Assembly (NCBI GenBank): GCA_964549495.1
Contig: CAZJWJ010000008.1
Location: 514-64,513 of the forward strand
Source: an uncultured Anaerolineales bacterium
GTDB lineage: Bacteria > Chloroflexota > Anaerolineae > Epilineales > Epilineaceae
Reading direction: 5' to 3'
DNA length: 64,000 bases
Of this stretch, positions 41,205-50,363 are shown in pieces (the first letter of the stretch is position 1; every line of letters starts with the position of its first letter). A program made the translations under genes and the position numbers. The notes under the pieces were generated by a model that saw only the letters and a program-made list of their open reading frames with translations, searched no databases and was not told where the DNA came from.

Positions 41205-41728
41205 GCCCCCGCAGCGCCCGCTACCGCGTCGGGCAGGTCTTTGCCGCGCTGGCCGCGCGCCGCGAGCCGCCGGAGGACGGGCCGGCCCGCGAGATCCTGT
41301 CGCCGGCGCTCCTGGAGATCTACCAGAGCATGCCGGCCGAGGATCGGCGCCACGTGCAAGCGGTCCTGGCCGACCTGCGTCAACGGGGTGAGGCCGACGC
41401 GCCGCTCCTGCAGGCGGCGCTGCTGCACGATGCCGGCAAGGCCGGTGCGGGCGTCCGGCTCCTGCATCGGGTGATGCGGGTGCTGCTCTGGCGCAGCTGG
41501 CCGCGGGCCTGGGCCTGGCTCTCCGGCTCGCCGACCGGCTGGCGCCGGCCCTTCTGGGTGGTGGCCAACCATGCCGAGCGCGGCGCGGTCTGGATCGAGT
41601 CGCAGGGCGGCAGCCCGGAGCTGGTCGAGTTGGTGCGCTGGCACGAGCGGGAGGCGCCGGCCGCCTGGCGGGGCCGGCCGCTGGCGCGCTGGCATGCGGC
41701 CCTGGCCTGGGCCGACGCGCGGTCTTGA
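41201..41728 (+). CDS. HD-domain-like protein
   Basis: ATGA overlap with the M50 stop. RRHVQAV...LLHDAGK (H...HD signature). 175 aa. Confidence 0.6.
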   Translation: MSPRSARYRVGQVFAALAARREPPEDGPAREILSPALLEIYQSMPAEDRRHVQAVLADLRQRGEADAPLLQAALLHDAGKAGAGVRLLHRVMRVLLWRSWPRAWAWLSGSPTGWRRPFWVVANHAERGAVWIESQGGSPELVELVRWHEREAPAAWRGRPLARWHAALAWADARS

Positions 41729-41835
41729 GCAAGGGTTCCGCGGCCAGCGTGGGGAGGTGAGGATCCCGGCTGGATGACGCGGCGACCCGGATGGCGCGGA
41801 GACGACGAGACGAAACGAGCGAAGGGAGACGAGGG

Positions 41836-42858
41836 ATGGCCAAGCGAGGCAAGGGCAAGACGGAGGACGGCGAGGGCCGGCAGCCGGTCATCGCCATCGT
41901 CGGGCTGGGCTGGTTGGGGCGCTCCCTGGGGCATGCCCTGCAGGCGGTCAAGACCAGCTACCAGGTGGTGGGCCACGACCGCGAGCCGGCCCTGGCCCGG
42001 GCGGCCCGCGATTCCGGCGCGGTCGACCGGGCCGACTGGAACCTGATCGCGACGGTCGAGGAAGCCGACCTGGTCTTCTTGACCGAGCCCGGGGCGCAGA
42101 TGCGGCAGAGCCTGGAGATCATCGCGCCGGAGCTGCGGCCGGGCAGCCTGGTCACCGACACGGCGCCGCGCAAGGCCGAGATCATGGCCCTGGCCGAGCG
42201 GCTCTTGCCGGAGGGCATCTCCTTCGTGGGCGGCCATCCGGTGATCACGCCCCCGCCCGGGCACCAGCCCGAGGACGATCCCTTGGCGGCCCGCTCGCGC
42301 TTCGAGGGCGCCACCTGGTGCCTCTCGCCGCTGCCGACGGCTTCGGATGCGGCCATGCGGGTGCTGGGCAACCTGGTGGCGGCGGTGGGCGCCAAGGCCT
42401 ACTACGTCGACCCGGTCGAGCACGACAGCCTGGTGTCCGGCGCCAGCCTGATGCCCTTCGTCTCGGCCATGGCCCTGGTACGCCACCTGGGCCAGAGCCC
42501 CTCATCGGAGGATTTCGCGCGCCTGGGCGGCTCCTTCCTCTTGGAGGTGCTGGACCGGCCGGAGGCCGAGGTGGCCGGCTGGCTGGCCGACGCCCGGGCC
42601 GATCGCCAGGGCTTGGCCAGCTGGCTGGATCAGGCCGTCGACAGCCTGAGCCGGCTGCGCGACGCGGCCCGCGCCGAGGAGGGCGCCGCCTTCGAGCACC
42701 TGCTGGCCGAAGCCGAGGCCACCCGGCAGCGCTGGCTCTACCCGACCGACGAGCCGGACGAGCGGGCCCGCACCATGGAGGACATCGCCGAGCAGAGCTC
42801 CTTGCGCAACATGTTCTTTGGCCGGCTGGGCCGGCGCGACGACCCGGCCAGCGGCTGA
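41836..42858 (+). CDS. tyrA: prephenate/arogenate dehydrogenase
   Basis: ATG at 41836. Rossmann motif IAIVGLGWLGRS, D(T/V)xSxK-like VTDTAPRK, GGHPV. Confidence 0.8.
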   Translation: MAKRGKGKTEDGEGRQPVIAIVGLGWLGRSLGHALQAVKTSYQVVGHDREPALARAARDSGAVDRADWNLIATVEEADLVFLTEPGAQMRQSLEIIAPELRPGSLVTDTAPRKAEIMALAERLLPEGISFVGGHPVITPPPGHQPEDDPLAARSRFEGATWCLSPLPTASDAAMRVLGNLVAAVGAKAYYVDPVEHDSLVSGASLMPFVSAMALVRHLGQSPSSEDFARLGGSFLLEVLDRPEAEVAGWLADARADRQGLASWLDQAVDSLSRLRDAARAEEGAAFEHLLAEAEATRQRWLYPTDEPDERARTMEDIAEQSSLRNMFFGRLGRRDDPASG

Positions 42859-42880
42859 GCCGCGCGGGAGCTGGCGAGCG

Positions 42881-44122
42881 ATGAAAGGCCGGGACGGCCG
42901 GATGCCGCGGCGCATCCTGATGGTGGCGCCCACCTCTTTCTTTGCCGACTACGGCTGCCACGTGCGCATCCTGGAGGAGGCGCGGGTGCTGCGGCGCATG
43001 GGCCTGCAGGTGACCATCTGCACCTATTACACCGGGCGCGACCTGGACGGTCTGGACATCCGCCGCACCATGGCCATCCCCTGGCGCCGCGACTACGAGG
43101 TGGGCTCCTCGCGGCACAAGATCGCCTTCGACGCCCTGCTGGGCTGGACTTCGCTGCGTGCGGCCCTGGCCATGCGGCCCAAGCCGGACCTCATCCACGG
43201 CCACCTGCACGAGGGCGCCCTGATCGGCGGCCTCTTGGCGCGCGCCTTGCGCCGGCCCCTGGTCTTCGACTTCCAGGGCAGCCTGACGGCCGAGATGGTC
43301 GACCACGGCTTCCTGCGCTCCGAGGGCCGCGCCCTGGGCCCGATGCGGCGGCTGGAGCGCTTCATCGACCACCTGCCGCAGGTCATCGTCACCAGCTCGG
43401 CCCACGCGGCCGAGCATCTGCAGGCGGACTTCGGGGTGCCCGAACGGCGCATCTTCACCCTGCCGGACTGCGTGGACACGCATGCCTTCCGGCCGGCGGC
43501 GCTGGAGATGCCGGCGCGGCGGGCGACCCGGCGCGCCCTCGGCATCCCGCCGGGCCGGCTGGTGGTGGCCTACCTGGGCCTCCTGGCCCGCCATCAGGGC
43601 ACGGACCTGCTGCTGGAGGCGGCGCGCCAGGTTGTGGCGGCCCGGCCGCAGGCGCATTTCTTGATCATGGGCTTTCCGGGCGTCGAGGTCTACCAGGCCA
43701 TGGCGGCCGATCTGGGCATCGCGGATCACGTGAGCTTTACCGGCCGGGTACCCTACGAGTTGGCACCGGAGCGCCTGGCCTTGGGCGACATCGCGGTGGC
43801 GCCCAAGATCAGCGCCACGGAAGGATCGGGCAAGCTGATGAACTACATGGCCATGGGGCTGCCGGTGGTGGCCTTCGACCTGCCGGTCAGCCGCGAGTAC
43901 CTGGCCGGCGACGGCCGGCTGGCGCCGCCGGGCGACGTGGCCGGCCTGGCCGATGCCATCGTCGACCTGCTGGACCGGCCCGAGGAGCGCCGGGCGATGG
44001 GCGACCGCCTGCGCCTGCGCGCCCTGAGCCACTACGACTGGTCGCGCGGCGGGCAGCGCCTGCTGGAGGCCTACGCGCGGGCCCAGCGCGGGCGCGAGCT
44101 GCAAGAGGCGGTGAGCTCGTGA
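42881..44122 (+). CDS. family-4 (GT-B) glycosyltransferase
   Basis: RILMVAPTSFF N-terminus and the C-terminal E-x7-E-like block ATEGSGKLMNYMAMGLPVVAFD. An alternative start lies at 42902. Confidence 0.85.
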   Translation: MKGRDGRMPRRILMVAPTSFFADYGCHVRILEEARVLRRMGLQVTICTYYTGRDLDGLDIRRTMAIPWRRDYEVGSSRHKIAFDALLGWTSLRAALAMRPKPDLIHGHLHEGALIGGLLARALRRPLVFDFQGSLTAEMVDHGFLRSEGRALGPMRRLERFIDHLPQVIVTSSAHAAEHLQADFGVPERRIFTLPDCVDTHAFRPAALEMPARRATRRALGIPPGRLVVAYLGLLARHQGTDLLLEAARQVVAARPQAHFLIMGFPGVEVYQAMAADLGIADHVSFTGRVPYELAPERLALGDIAVAPKISATEGSGKLMNYMAMGLPVVAFDLPVSREYLAGDGRLAPPGDVAGLADAIVDLLDRPEERRAMGDRLRLRALSHYDWSRGGQRLLEAYARAQRGRELQEAVSS

Positions 44123-45009
44123 CGGCCGGCTTCCCGGCCAGCGAGCCGGCGGTCTCGGTATCCGGCCGCGAGCGCGACCTGCGCGGCCGGCTGGCCGAGC
44201 TCTGGAGCTACCGCCACCTGGTGGGCAACCTGGTGGTGCGCGACCTGAAGGTGCGCTACAAGAACTCGGTCCTGGGCTTCTTCTGGTCGCTGGTCAACCC
44301 GCTCTTGATGATGCTGGTGCTGTCGGTGGTCTTCGGCTTCTTCTTCCCCATCGGCCAGGCCCGCGCGCCGCATCTGTTCATCCTGGTGGCCATCCTGCCC
44401 TGGAACTGGTTCAACGCGGCGGTGGCCGGCGGCGTGGGCAGCATCACGAACAACGCGCCCCTGATCAACAAGGTCTACTTTCCGCGCGAGGTCCTGCCCA
44501 TCAGCATCGTCCTGGCCGAGCTGGTCAACTTCCTCTTTGCCCTGCCGGTGCTCTTGGCCATCATCGGCCTGACGGCCGAGGTGCAGATCACCCGCTTCGC
44601 GCTCTGGCTGCCCGTGATCCTGCTCATCCAGGTGATCTTCACGCTGGGCTTCGTGCTCATCCTGGCCACGGCCAACGTCTACTACCGCGATACCCAGATG
44701 ATCATGGACGTGGTCCTGATGGCCTGGTTCTTCCTGACGCCGATCTTCTACGACAGCGAGATGTACGACCGCTACGCGCTGGAGATCGCCGGCCAGTCCA
44801 TCGACGGCTCGCGCATCGCCTTCATCGTCAACCCCATGGCCAGCCTGATCGCCAACTACCGCGTGGCCCTCTACGGCTCGATGCAAGGCCCGCCCTCCAC
44901 CCCCGACCTACTCTTCCTCATCCGCACGGCCCTGACGGCGGTGGCGGTGCTGGTGGCCGGCTACTGGGTCTTCCACCGCTACAGCGGAGAGTTCGGCGAG
45001 GAGGTCTGA
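44119..45009 (+). CDS. ABC-2 type polysaccharide/teichoic-acid export permease (Wzm/TagG-like)
   Basis: GTGA overlap with the GT4 gene. LVVRDLKVRYKNSVLGFFWSLVNPLL signature and 6 TM helices. No cognate ATPase gene follows. Confidence 0.85.
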   Translation: MTAGFPASEPAVSVSGRERDLRGRLAELWSYRHLVGNLVVRDLKVRYKNSVLGFFWSLVNPLLMMLVLSVVFGFFFPIGQARAPHLFILVAILPWNWFNAAVAGGVGSITNNAPLINKVYFPREVLPISIVLAELVNFLFALPVLLAIIGLTAEVQITRFALWLPVILLIQVIFTLGFVLILATANVYYRDTQMIMDVVLMAWFFLTPIFYDSEMYDRYALEIAGQSIDGSRIAFIVNPMASLIANYRVALYGSMQGPPSTPDLLFLIRTALTAVAVLVAGYWVFHRYSGEFGEEV

Positions 45010-45052
45010 GGGCCGCAGTTCGGGCGCGGATCATCACATCCGACCCGGCCTA

Positions 45053-45484
45053 TCACGCGACTCCTGGTGGCTCGATGCGCTCGATGCCGGGCTGCCGGCC
45101 GAGACCACGGTCGAAGCTCAACAGCCGACCATCGGTTTCGTCCAGCGCTTGGCTGACATGCAGCGCGTCGCCGAATCCCAACGCTGGAGTCGTGGCGAAT
45201 CGATCGAGCGCCCGCTCGATCAAGGTCAGGTCCAGGACCCGCACACCACGTGCGCGCAGGATGGGCCTCAGAAGCTCACGTATGTCTCCCGCCTCGAGCG
45301 CATAGAGCTGCTGGGACCCGAGTACGTAGACGACCTCGGACACCACGGTGACCGAAATGACGAGGCGGATCTCCCCGCGCTCAGCCCGCTCGAAGACGGC
45401 GCGCGCCGCGCGGGCCTGCTCCGGCTGATCTCGGGTGAGCATGCGGATGATGACGTTGGCATCGACCAGCCAACTATCGACCAT
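45053..45484 (-). CDS. vapC: PIN-domain toxin VapC
   Basis: LVDANVII (Asp), SEVVYVL (Glu), GFGDALHV (Asp), LLSFDRG (Asp) give the conserved acidic quartet. 143 aa. Confidence 0.85.
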   Translation of the reverse strand: MVDSWLVDANVIIRMLTRDQPEQARAARAVFERAERGEIRLVISVTVVSEVVYVLGSQQLYALEAGDIRELLRPILRARGVRVLDLTLIERALDRFATTPALGFGDALHVSQALDETDGRLLSFDRGLGRQPGIERIEPPGVA

Positions 45485-45737
45485 GCCGGTTCTCGCGCTC
45501 GGCTTCTTCGGTCACGGCGATATCGATCATCTCGCGGTCAGATCGATCGCGCTCCAGAGCCGGCACGGCCATGACGACCGAGTCGAGGCTGTGCGCGGCC
45601 CGCTCGATGTAGACACGGCCATCCTCACCGACGATGAACACGAGCTTGTCGGATGCCCGAAGCTCCAATCGCTTGCGGATGCCGGCCGGCACCGTCACTT
45701 GCCCTCGCCCTGTCACCGTGGCTGTCTCTGTTTGCAT
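45474..45737 (-). CDS. vapB: AbrB/SpoVT-family antitoxin (VapB-type)
   Basis: ATG at 45737 after GGAGGGG. TVTGRGQVTVPAGIRKRLEL is a swapped-hairpin AbrB motif. 11-bp overlap with vapC. Confidence 0.8.
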   Translation of the reverse strand: MQTETATVTGRGQVTVPAGIRKRLELRASDKLVFIVGEDGRVYIERAAHSLDSVVMAVPALERDRSDREMIDIAVTEEAERENRHGR

Positions 45738-45783
45738 GATCACCCCTCCGCACGCGCACTCGGAGCTCAGGGTCCGAGTCGAT

Positions 45784-45828
45784 CGCATTGCATTATTCTA
45801 TCGCAATGCATCGCAAGAGCGCAATGCG
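45784..45828 (-). promoter_or_regulatory. candidate vapBC promoter/operator: repeated CGCAATGC/GCATTGCG half-sites around a TAGAAT -10
   Basis: cgcattgc (45784-91), cgcaatgc (45802-09) and gcgcaatgcg (45819-28). attcta (45795-800) reads TAGAAT on the coding strand, 58 nt upstream of the vapB ATG. Confidence 0.5.
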
Positions 45829-45892
45829 GTCGATCCGACCATGCAGGCCATCCGCGACGGACTCAGGACTCGTCGTCATTCGCGCTCGCGTG

Positions 45893-46150
45893 CTACAGCG
45901 AAGAGCGAAATGCCTCCAAATCGTTCACCTCGAGGATCCGGCGGTGCAAGGCTTCCAGTCGCTCCGGATCCGCGATGGTCTCGATCTGAGGCATGAGCGC
46001 AAGGCCTTCGTCGCCAAAGCGAAACGCCAACAGTCTTCGGATGGCATCGAGGAAGGCGGCCTGCCGGCCGATGGCCTCTCCCTCGACTCGGCCTTCTCGT
46101 CGGCCTTCTTGTCGACCTTCGTGGTGAAGTTGCTCAGCGATCGTGGCCAC
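45893..46150 (-). CDS. small stand-alone DUF4351-like protein (C-terminal module of Rpn/YhgA-type putative transposases)
   Basis: GTG at 46150, 4 nt after AGGAGGGAG. TIAEQLHHEGRQEGRREGRVEG...LLAFRFGDEGLALMPQI...LEALHRRIL is the E-G-R-Q-E-G helix plus the RFG helical module (recall). Confidence 0.55.
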   Translation of the reverse strand: MATIAEQLHHEGRQEGRREGRVEGEAIGRQAAFLDAIRRLLAFRFGDEGLALMPQIETIADPERLEALHRRILEVNDLEAFRSSL

Positions 46151-46303
46151 GGTACTCCCTCCTAGGTCCGGCCGAGCGAATCGAGTCTCATCGGCCTGAT
46201 GGCAGGCGTCCGATCGATGCACATCGACGAGGTGCGCTGGAAAGGACTACAGCTCAGCGCGAACGGCATCCAAGTCCTCAGCGTCGAGGATCCGTCGGTG
46301 CAG

Positions 46304-46750
46304 TCACTGCAACCAACCCAGATCGTTCACCTCCCTCACTTGCCGCATCAGTGCCCGGCCTTCGTCACCGAAGCGGAAGACCAGCGTGTCCTCTACGGCA
46401 TCGAGAAGGCTGGACCAGCGTCCGTACTCCTCGCCTTCTTCGCGTCCTCGTCGACGCAGCGCCTCGGCGAGTCTGACAAGGTGCTCCCCACCTAGCAGGA
46501 GCGTTCGCATGGTTTCGATGTCGTCGATGTCGGTCAGCAATGCCAGTGCGAGGTGGAGTTGATCCGGATCGTCTTGGGCTTCGACCCAAGGCATCAAGCT
46601 CAACCCGTCCGGACCGAAGCGCATTTGCAGGCAAGTCCGCAGGCTTTCGCGGAGCCCCAGAACCCGACCCTTTCGCAGACTTTGGCTGAACACGTCTCTG
46701 GTCAAGAAATCCAAGAAGTCCTGAACCTCATGTTCCGCGGCGGCAGACAT
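46304..46750 (-). CDS. DUF4351-like protein with two tandem copies of the module
   Basis: ATG at 46750 after GGAGGGAAG. LQMRFGPDGLSLMPWVE... and RRRGREEGEEYG...LVFRFGDEGRALMRQVREVNDL; the latter is paralogous to the 45893 gene. Confidence 0.6.
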   Translation of the reverse strand: MSAAAEHEVQDFLDFLTRDVFSQSLRKGRVLGLRESLRTCLQMRFGPDGLSLMPWVEAQDDPDQLHLALALLTDIDDIETMRTLLLGGEHLVRLAEALRRRGREEGEEYGRWSSLLDAVEDTLVFRFGDEGRALMRQVREVNDLGWLQ

Positions 46751-46877
46751 CGGCTTCCCTCCTGGACTCAGTCCGTCTACGAACGGTGTGACCGGTGCGC
46801 TGCCGCATGATGTGCAGGTCCCGGCCAGTGTTGACGATAGCAGTTCATTCCCGGCGTGACGGCTGGCCCGTCCTTCA

Positions 46878-48986
46878 TCACAGCAACTGCGGGCGCCGCT
46901 GCTCGGCGAGGAAGCGCTCGGTTCCCGCTGGATCGTAGGTTCGGCGCATGATCAGCTCGAGCTCCAAGCCGTCTGGAAGGCAAGGCTGGAACTTGCTCAG
47001 CCCGCCCCGGCGGGTGTGGCCGGCCGCGCGCCTCGCCAGTGCGTGGAGGTCCGCAGCAGCCAACTGCTGGATCGAAGCGCGCGCTGCGGCCGCGGCGGCG
47101 GGATCGTCGGTGGATAGACCGAGGTTGCCGCGCTTCCAGTCGCCGCCCTGCTCTTCGAGGCCAGCCGCCAGAAGGGCGTTGATGGCACCACCGGCAAAGG
47201 TGTGCCAGTGCACCCCCTTGTCGGTGCGCTCGATCGGCGCCTCGCCCGGCGTCACCAGGCCTTTGTAGCCCAAGCGCAGCGCGGCCAGCTCGTGGGCGGC
47301 GCTCGGACTGAGCCAGGGGTAGCGCTCGGTGTCGGCCAGCACCGCCTTCATGGACTGGCAGACCTCGAAGGACAGGTAGCCTCCCTCGCCCGACCAGCGC
47401 GGCAGGGCCGCACGGTCGGCCGGCTCGACGTAGCAGACCGCCCGCCGCCAGTCGATGCTGCGCACCTGCCAGGGCTGGCCGGCCAACCGGAACAAGGCCG
47501 GTCCTGCGCGCTCCTCCAAGACATGCAGGAAGGCGAAGTCGAGGCTGCCGACCTCGCGCCGGCCATGCTGCACGCGGAAGATGGGGGGCGTGTCGAAGAC
47601 CGCGTAGAGCTCGAAGAAGTTCTTGCCGGCGTAGCGCTTCTCGCCCTCGGCGCCCAGGCTCAGCCGGCCTTCGGCTTGGTAGAGGATGTCGCGCTCGAGC
47701 ATGGTGTCGATGAGCGCATCCAGGTCGGCCTGGCTCAGGCCGCGGAAGGGGCTGGCGCCGGCCAACCAGGTCAGGATGCGATGGCGCGAGATGCCCATCT
47801 CCTGAAGCGACAGGGCGATGATCTGGTGGGCCAGGACGTGCGCGGCGGCGGTCTCCGGCACCACGTCCTCGACCCAGCCCTGCTGCATCAGGCGGATCAA
47901 TCCGGCGGCCTGGAGCATCGTCTCGGAGGTCCGGCACAGGAAGTGGCAGTTGGACACCGTTTCCGCTCGGCGGCCGGTGCGGCCCATGCGCTGCAAAAAG
48001 CTGGATACGGTGCGCGGCGCATCGATCTGGATCACGTGGTCCAGGTCGCCGACGTCGATGCCCAGCTCCAGGGTGGAGGTGCAGACGATGGCGGTGTTCG
48101 TCCCGTGCTGGAAGCGGGCCTCGGCGCGTTCGCGGTCCTCGCGGCTGACCGAGCCGTGATGCACGAAGGTGTCGATGCCCTTTCCCTGCAAGGCCGCGGC
48201 CACCTGTTCGACCAGGCGCCGACTCTCGGCGAAGACCAGGCTCTTGCGGCCCAGCCCGATCTCGACGACCCGCCGCACGACCCCCGCGTCACTCTCGACC
48301 AGGTCGACGGAAAGCTCCCGCAGCGCAGGCGGCTTGGCCGGATCGACACGGCGGTAGGGACGCTGGCTCGAGCCGGCCAGCCACTGGCCGATCCGATCGG
48401 GATTGCCGACGGTGGCCGAGAGGCCGATGCGCTGCAGGTCGCGACCACAGAAGCGGACCAGCCGCTCGAGAATGGCCACCAGGTGCGCGCCGCGGTCGTC
48501 GCCGGCAAAGGCGTGCACCTCGTCGACGACCACTGCCGACAGGCCCGCGAACTGCCCGGCCGCCTCTTCTGGTCGGGTCATCAGCATGACCTCGAGCGAT
48601 TCGGGCGTGGTCATCAGGATATGCGTCGGCGCCTCGCGAAAGCGCCGCCGCTCGGCCTGCCCGACGTCACCGTGCCACTTGAAGGCATCCAGGCCGACCA
48701 TGCGCGCATAGGCCTTGATGCGGTGCTCTTGGTTGTTCAGAAGGGCGCGGATGGGGCAGATGTAGAGTACGGCAACGGGAGCGAGCTCCTCGCTCAGGAT
48801 GCGCGACAGCAACGGAAAGATGCTGGCCTCGGTCTTTCCGCCCGCCGTCGGCGCCAGCACGATCGCGTTGTCCCCGGCAAGCACCGCTTCGATGCTCTGC
48901 TCCTGAACCGGCCGCAGCGTGTTCCAACCCAGCTCGTGCACGATGGCATGGCGCAGGTTAGGGTGCAGCTGGAAGAAGGCACTCAC
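46878..48986 (-). CDS. brxHI: Lhr-like DEAD/DEAH-box helicase, BREX BrxHI-type
   Basis: VLAPTAGGKTEA (Walker A), VVVDEVHAF (DEVH), LSATVGN, HHGSVSREDRERAE, QRMGRTGRR. 702 aa, GTG start. Position is last in the BREX operon. Confidence 0.85.
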   Translation of the reverse strand: MSAFFQLHPNLRHAIVHELGWNTLRPVQEQSIEAVLAGDNAIVLAPTAGGKTEASIFPLLSRILSEELAPVAVLYICPIRALLNNQEHRIKAYARMVGLDAFKWHGDVGQAERRRFREAPTHILMTTPESLEVMLMTRPEEAAGQFAGLSAVVVDEVHAFAGDDRGAHLVAILERLVRFCGRDLQRIGLSATVGNPDRIGQWLAGSSQRPYRRVDPAKPPALRELSVDLVESDAGVVRRVVEIGLGRKSLVFAESRRLVEQVAAALQGKGIDTFVHHGSVSREDRERAEARFQHGTNTAIVCTSTLELGIDVGDLDHVIQIDAPRTVSSFLQRMGRTGRRAETVSNCHFLCRTSETMLQAAGLIRLMQQGWVEDVVPETAAAHVLAHQIIALSLQEMGISRHRILTWLAGASPFRGLSQADLDALIDTMLERDILYQAEGRLSLGAEGEKRYAGKNFFELYAVFDTPPIFRVQHGRREVGSLDFAFLHVLEERAGPALFRLAGQPWQVRSIDWRRAVCYVEPADRAALPRWSGEGGYLSFEVCQSMKAVLADTERYPWLSPSAAHELAALRLGYKGLVTPGEAPIERTDKGVHWHTFAGGAINALLAAGLEEQGGDWKRGNLGLSTDDPAAAAAARASIQQLAAADLHALARRAAGHTRRGGLSKFQPCLPDGLELELIMRRTYDPAGTERFLAEQRRPQLL

Positions 48987-48992
48987 CCGCGC

Positions 48993-50363
48993 CTAACCCA
49001 ATCGTTTCGGAGTCGGAGACTCGGACGATGGTTCGCCGGCTGGGGGCGGCGTTTCCACAGAGTCTTCCGCGGCATCACCACCCTTGCGCGCCTCCAACTC
49101 CTCCGGCGTGAGCGCCGACTCGTCGACCGTGAAGTCGTAGTCCTGCTCGGGATCGTAGTCGGGGTAGAGGTCGACCCGGTCCATGACGTCGACCAGGTCG
49201 CGCAGGAAGAGGCGCGGGACGATGCTGACCTGGCCACCGAAGGCGCTGGTGGCCTGCTGGACGAGCGCGTCGATGAAGGCGTCGTCCACCCGCTCGCGTA
49301 GGCGGTCCGGATGCTCGGCTGGGAAGAGATCGCGCACCTTGCGCCCGACCTCGGCCAGGCGCTGGGCGTCGAAGGGCTGGAGGCGGACCTGGGGGGCGCG
49401 CAGGTTGTCGAAGCGCGGGTCGTCACCAAAGCGGGTCTCGACGCGCGCCGCCAGGGGCGACAGATCCTTGATGCCCTTGTAGCCGTCGTAGAACTCTGGC
49501 GTGCCGGTGACGACCAGGTAGAGGCCCGGCAGGTCGCCGCCCAAGAGGAGGTCGATCAGCTGGCGTAGGGCGTTGAGCGCTTTCTCGCGCACGTCGGAGC
49601 GCATGCGCTGCACGGTCTCGACCTCGTCGAGCACCAGCATCAGGCCCTGGTAGCGGCTCTCGCGCAGCAGTTGGAGCAGGCCGCGCAGGAAGGTGAGCGC
49701 GCCGGGTCCGTCCAGGTCGCCCTTGACGTCTGCGCTGCGCTTGATGGCCGCGGCCACGCTGGGTTCGCCGGAGAGCCAAGCCAGGAGCCCCTGGGCGGTG
49801 GCGAAGTCGGATTGTTCCATGGCCCGGTGGTAGGCGCGCAGAGCGCGCGCGAAGGCCGGGTTGCGCGTGCTCAGGTCGGCCAGCTTGTTCTCTAGCCGCT
49901 GCTCGACGGCCGCTGGGAAGGCCGGGTCGCTCTCGGCGATGCCTTGCAGGCGCATGACCTCTTCGCCGATCTCGTAGATCCAGCTGTCGACCAGGGCCGG
50001 AAAGGCGCCCTCGCCATCGGTGGCGGTGGTCAGGCGCTCCATCAGGCGGCGGTAGACGGTCTCGAGCCGGTGCAGTGGCGTGTCCGTGACGGAGATCTGG
50101 ACCTCTGCGGTGGCGAATCCGCGCTGGCGGGCGTGCCAGCACAAGAGCCGCGTGGCAAAGGTCTTGCCGCTGCCGTAGTTGCCCCGGATCCACTTGGCCC
50201 GGCCGCTGCCGCCACCACCGGCCACCTCGTCCAACTCCCCATCGATGACCTTCAGCAGCGGGTCCAGGCCCGTCGCGAAGTGGTGCAAGCCGTCGCCCGG
50301 CACCGCGCCAGTACGCAGCGCGGCCACGATCTCGCGCGCTTCTCGCTCTTGAACCTGGCTCAT
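48993..50363 (-). CDS. brxD: BREX ATP-binding protein BrxD (DUF2791-type P-loop ATPase)
   Basis: VAALRTGAVPGDGL..., IRGNYGSGKTFATRLL (Walker A), LMLVLDEVETV (Walker B). 456 aa. Family assignment is by recall. Confidence 0.8.
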   Translation of the reverse strand: MSQVQEREAREIVAALRTGAVPGDGLHHFATGLDPLLKVIDGELDEVAGGGGSGRAKWIRGNYGSGKTFATRLLCWHARQRGFATAEVQISVTDTPLHRLETVYRRLMERLTTATDGEGAFPALVDSWIYEIGEEVMRLQGIAESDPAFPAAVEQRLENKLADLSTRNPAFARALRAYHRAMEQSDFATAQGLLAWLSGEPSVAAAIKRSADVKGDLDGPGALTFLRGLLQLLRESRYQGLMLVLDEVETVQRMRSDVREKALNALRQLIDLLLGGDLPGLYLVVTGTPEFYDGYKGIKDLSPLAARVETRFGDDPRFDNLRAPQVRLQPFDAQRLAEVGRKVRDLFPAEHPDRLRERVDDAFIDALVQQATSAFGGQVSIVPRLFLRDLVDVMDRVDLYPDYDPEQDYDFTVDESALTPEELEARKGGDAAEDSVETPPPAGEPSSESPTPKRLG

